Assembly: GCA_013239625.1 (NCBI GenBank)
Contig: MU056000.1
Span: forward strand, 11,359,175-11,423,174
Length of the DNA stretch: 64,000 bases
Direction of reading: 5' to 3'
Origin: Lama guanicoe
Lineage: Eukaryota
Position 1 is the stretch's first letter, and each line of letters begins with the position of its first letter. Of the stretch, positions 61,165-64,000 are shown piece after piece. The notes under the pieces were generated by a model. That model had not been told where the DNA came from, did not search any database, and saw only the letters and a program-made list of their open reading frames with translations. The position numbers and the translations under genes were made by a program.

Positions 61165-61405
61165 CTGCTCAGGGCTTCCTCTCTCTGGAACACCCTGCCC
61201 ATCAACTCTGCCCTTCTCCTGAATATCCTGCAAGACTTAACTCAAGCACACTTCCTATATAAAGCCTTTCTTGACCTTTCTCAGCCTTTCTAAGGAAGAT
61301 GCTGGCTGGTCCCATGGATAACATTTGTTACATGGACTGATCACGTAGACCAAAGTGATCAGTTCACTTGCTGTTCAACTATGACAGAGGATCTGTGTAT
61401 CTTCA
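61165..61405 (+). mobile_element. L2 3' fragment
   Basis: 'ttcctctctctggaacaccctgccc...caagacttaactcaag...aagcctttcttgacc'. Confidence 0.6.
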
Positions 61406-61439
61406 GTAATTCTGAGGTTGTTTCTCTAAATTGCGCCTC

Positions 61440-62043
61440 TGTGATGAGCAAAATAATTGCCCCTCAAATGTCCGCAGGCCAATTCTTGGAACCTGTGAAA
61501 ATGTTACATTACATGGCAAAAGAAACTTTGCAGATGGAATGGAGATTGTAGAACTTAATATATGGAGGTTAACCTGGACAGACAAGGTAGGCCCGTTCTA
61601 ATCACGTGGGTCCTTAAAAGCGGAAGAGTGAGACAGAAGATGCGCAACCACAGCAGAGATTTGAAGCCTAAGAGGGACTCAAGCCTGCCATTGCTGGCTT
61701 TAAAAATGGAGGAAGGGGAGCTCTGAGCCAAGGAATGTGGGTTCCCTTAGAATCTGGGAACAGCCCCTGGCTGACAGCCAGCAGTGCAGCCGGGACCTCC
61801 AACCTACAAAGCAAAGTCCTGCAACCCTGAAGAACTGAATTCTGCTGACAACCCCAATAAGTGAGGGAATGGATTTCCCCTGGAAACTCCAGAAAGGAAT
61901 GCAGACCTACCAACACCTTGATCTTCTCCTGGGGGGTTCCATGTTGGGCTTCTGACCTACAAAAGTATAAAATAGTAAATCTGCATTGCTTAAGGCCCTG
62001 AATCTGTAGGAATTAGTTACAGCAGGAATGGAATAGTAATACA
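61440..62043 (+). mobile_element. MLT1D/E-type MaLR solo LTR
   Basis: 'tgtgatgagcaaaataattgcccc...ggaacctgtgaaaatgttacattacatggcaaaagaaactttgcagatg...gttacagcaggaatggaatagtaataca'. Confidence 0.9.
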
Positions 62044-62068
62044 CACTCTCTGGCATGGACTTTAGACT

Positions 62069-62551
62069 TGTTACTGAGCTCAAGTTCAGCTCCTCACCAC
62101 TCAAAGCCCAATGACTTAAGAGGCAAGTGTCAGTAGAAGGAAAGTTGCTTTAATCATAGAAGTCAGCAGTCTGCGGAGTTAGTGGACTCAGTGTCCCGTC
62201 CCCCCCCAAAGACCATCTCCGAAGATTCTGCTCAGCCCCGAAAGATTTACAGGGAAGACGGGGAAGTAATCTCAGTTGATCACTGAGCTAGTGGGTCACA
62301 GTCCACGTTACCCCCCACTGCTGTGCAGGCTTGTCAGTTCCTTGTGAATTTTCCTTAGATGCTATCTTGTTCGCACAGTTTGTTGATGAGATTACTGAAG
62401 GGGAGGCTAGGGAAGAGATCTGGTCGTCTGAATTACTTATTCTTCATTTCTACTTCTTTGATTAGAAAAAAAAAAACCCAACAGGTTAGGCAAGTGACAA
62501 GACAAGAGGAGCCTCCTGCAAAGAGCTCTTCCCTGCCAAAAGCTACTTACA
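62069..62551 (-). mobile_element. ERV1-class solo LTR (probably cetartiodactyl-restricted)
   Basis: TG...CA termini (tgttac...ttaca), 4-bp TSD-like gact / ggct, ATTAAA on the minus strand at 62150-62155. Confidence 0.75.
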
Positions 62552-62749
62552 GGCTCAACAGACCTATGTTGTGTGCCCAGCCCCAGTGCTTATTTAGCGA
62601 AATCTCAGGTGCTAAGGCAGAGGGTCCTCACCTGTACATGGGTAGAATCCCACGCCTTTTTCTTAGACCTCTGTGTGGAAAGCCTGAGAAAAGACACTCA
62701 ACATATGGTGGGCCCACTGCATATCTCTAACCCATCTGCCTAGAGGGAT

Positions 62750-62940
62750 CTCCCTGCAAACATCTGCATGACTCCCTCCCTCACTTCCCTCAGGCTTCTG
62801 TTCCATGGAACCTTCTCAATGAGACCGTCACTGGTAATGCCATTTAAAATTTCAGCTCTTTCCTTCACCCCCATCTCCATCACTCTCCAGTGCTATTCCA
62901 TGCTTTATTCTTCCCATAACGTTTATCATGGGACTGACTG
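62750..62940 (+). mobile_element. L2 fragment
   Basis: 'catctgcatgactccctccctcacttccctcagg...ccttctcaatgagacc...atttaaaatt'. Confidence 0.7.
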
Positions 62941-62942
62941 TG

Positions 62943-63640
62943 TGTATTAGTTATCTGTTGCTTTGTGACAAATAATCCCAAAACTTAGTGACTTAAAACA
63001 ATACACATTAATTGATCTTAAGTGTTCTCACCACACACAAGCAAAATCATAACTAGGTGAGGTGATGGATATGTTCATTAGCTTGATTGTGGTTATCATT
63101 TCACAATGTGGACGTCTATCAAAACACCATGTTATATGCTTAAATATGCAGAGATATAATTTTTACTTATCAAGTATACTTCATTAAAATGGAAGAAGAA
63201 AACAATACACATTTATTCTTTCAGTATCTCTGGGTCAGGGGTCTGGGCACAGATGAGCTGGATTCTCAGAGCTTCAGGGTTTCTCACAAGGATAGAGAGT
63301 GTCAGCTGGGGCTGGGGTCATCTAAAGGCTCAGCTGAAGAAGTAGGCAGTTGTTGGCTGTAGTCAGTTCATGGTGGGTTGTTGGACTGAGGGGCCTCCGT
63401 TCCTCACTGGCTATTGATTAGAGGACGACCTCAGCTCCATGCCACATGGGCTTCTCATCAAAGCAAGCAAACCTAGAATGCAAGAGAGAGTGGCAAGACA
63501 GAAACCAAATGCTTTTATAACCCAATCCAGGAAGGGACATCCCATCACTTTTCTTATGTTCTATTTCAAGAAGGCTGTCACTAGGTCCGGCCCATACTTA
63601 AGAGAAGGCAATTACCCAGGGGCATAAATATCAGGAAGCA
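62943..63640 (-). mobile_element. MLT1F-type MaLR LTR interrupted by L1
   Basis: 'tgtattagttatctgttgctttgtgacaaataatcccaaaacttagtgacttaaaacaa...gctggggctggggtcatctaaaggctcagctg'. Confidence 0.85.
63010..63198 (+). mobile_element. L1MA-type 3' end with perfect 15-bp TSD
   Basis: 'gatcttaagtgttctcaccac...gtgaggtgatggatatgttcattagcttgattgtgg'; TSD aaaacaatacacatt at 62995-63009 and 63199-63213. Confidence 0.92.
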
Positions 63641-63730
63641 GCGGGTCTCAAGAATCACTTGGGAAGCTTTTAAAAATATTGATGCTTTCTGGTTTCTGAT
63701 GAAGGTGCTGGGTTCTGCTTTCCCTTCGGG
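63639..63730. mobile_element. MER5B-like fragment
   Basis: 'agaatcacttgggaagcttttaaaaatattgatgc'. Confidence 0.55.
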
Positions 63731-64000
63731 GGCTGGTGTAGATCCAAGAGGCTTCAGGAGTACCTAGGGTATTTTGCAAAGGGAGGAGGAGGATAGGTTT
63801 AAAGGAATATATTAAAAGAGAGGTGTATTTCATCTCCTCCAGAATTTAACAGAGGGACAGAAGAACTCAGCCTGGCTTCCCTCCAGTCTCTCTCACCTTC
63901 CTCATGCTCTTAGTTGACTTCATAGGTTGTGCCTTGGGTGGATGGAAGGCAGTGGGGTACGATAGAAGGATGATCAGAAGAAAGAGGGTTTTCTGCAGGA

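Noticed and set aside
1..64000. The many short six-frame ORFs as protein-coding genes
   Set aside because: All are 152 aa or shorter, many start at non-ATG codons or lie in repeats, and none resembles a protein I recognise except the L1 ORF2 remnants.
1..64000. CRISPR array, operon, viral or foreign insert
   Set aside because: I saw no regularly spaced repeats, long ORFs or compositional break; the sequence is consistent with mammalian non-coding DNA throughout.

Overview
AT-rich mammalian genomic DNA, most likely from a camelid (alpaca/llama/camel). That call rests on tRNA-Ala-derived SINEs of the camelid vic-1 type and on the L1 3' ends. The window looks intronic or intergenic. I recognise no host protein-coding exon, rRNA, genuine tRNA, CRISPR array or prokaryotic system. 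The only ORFs I can assign are L1 ORF2 C-terminal remnants (29329-29616 -, 48184-48345 +). A large part of the window is interspersed repeat: several generations of L1, L2, MIR, MaLR/ERVL/ERV1 solo LTRs and hAT MITEs (MER5, MER20, MER53, MER58, MER115-like). Repeat names come from my recollection of consensus sequences, and old-repeat boundaries are approximate. The best-supported unusual observations concern retrotransposition. One TSD-bounded L1 insertion is both 5'-inverted and chimeric, carrying the 3' end of a much older L1. Three independent L1 copies break within about 15 nt of the same hairpin-forming ORF2 site. There is also a second twin-primed L1, a 52-bp L1 with a perfect TSD, a tailless 80-bp L1 fragment and several nested insertions. 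The non-repeat DNA holds a convergent pair of CTCF motifs, a small CpG-rich element and enhancer-like motif clusters. I found no evidence for a new multi-gene biological system and do not claim one.
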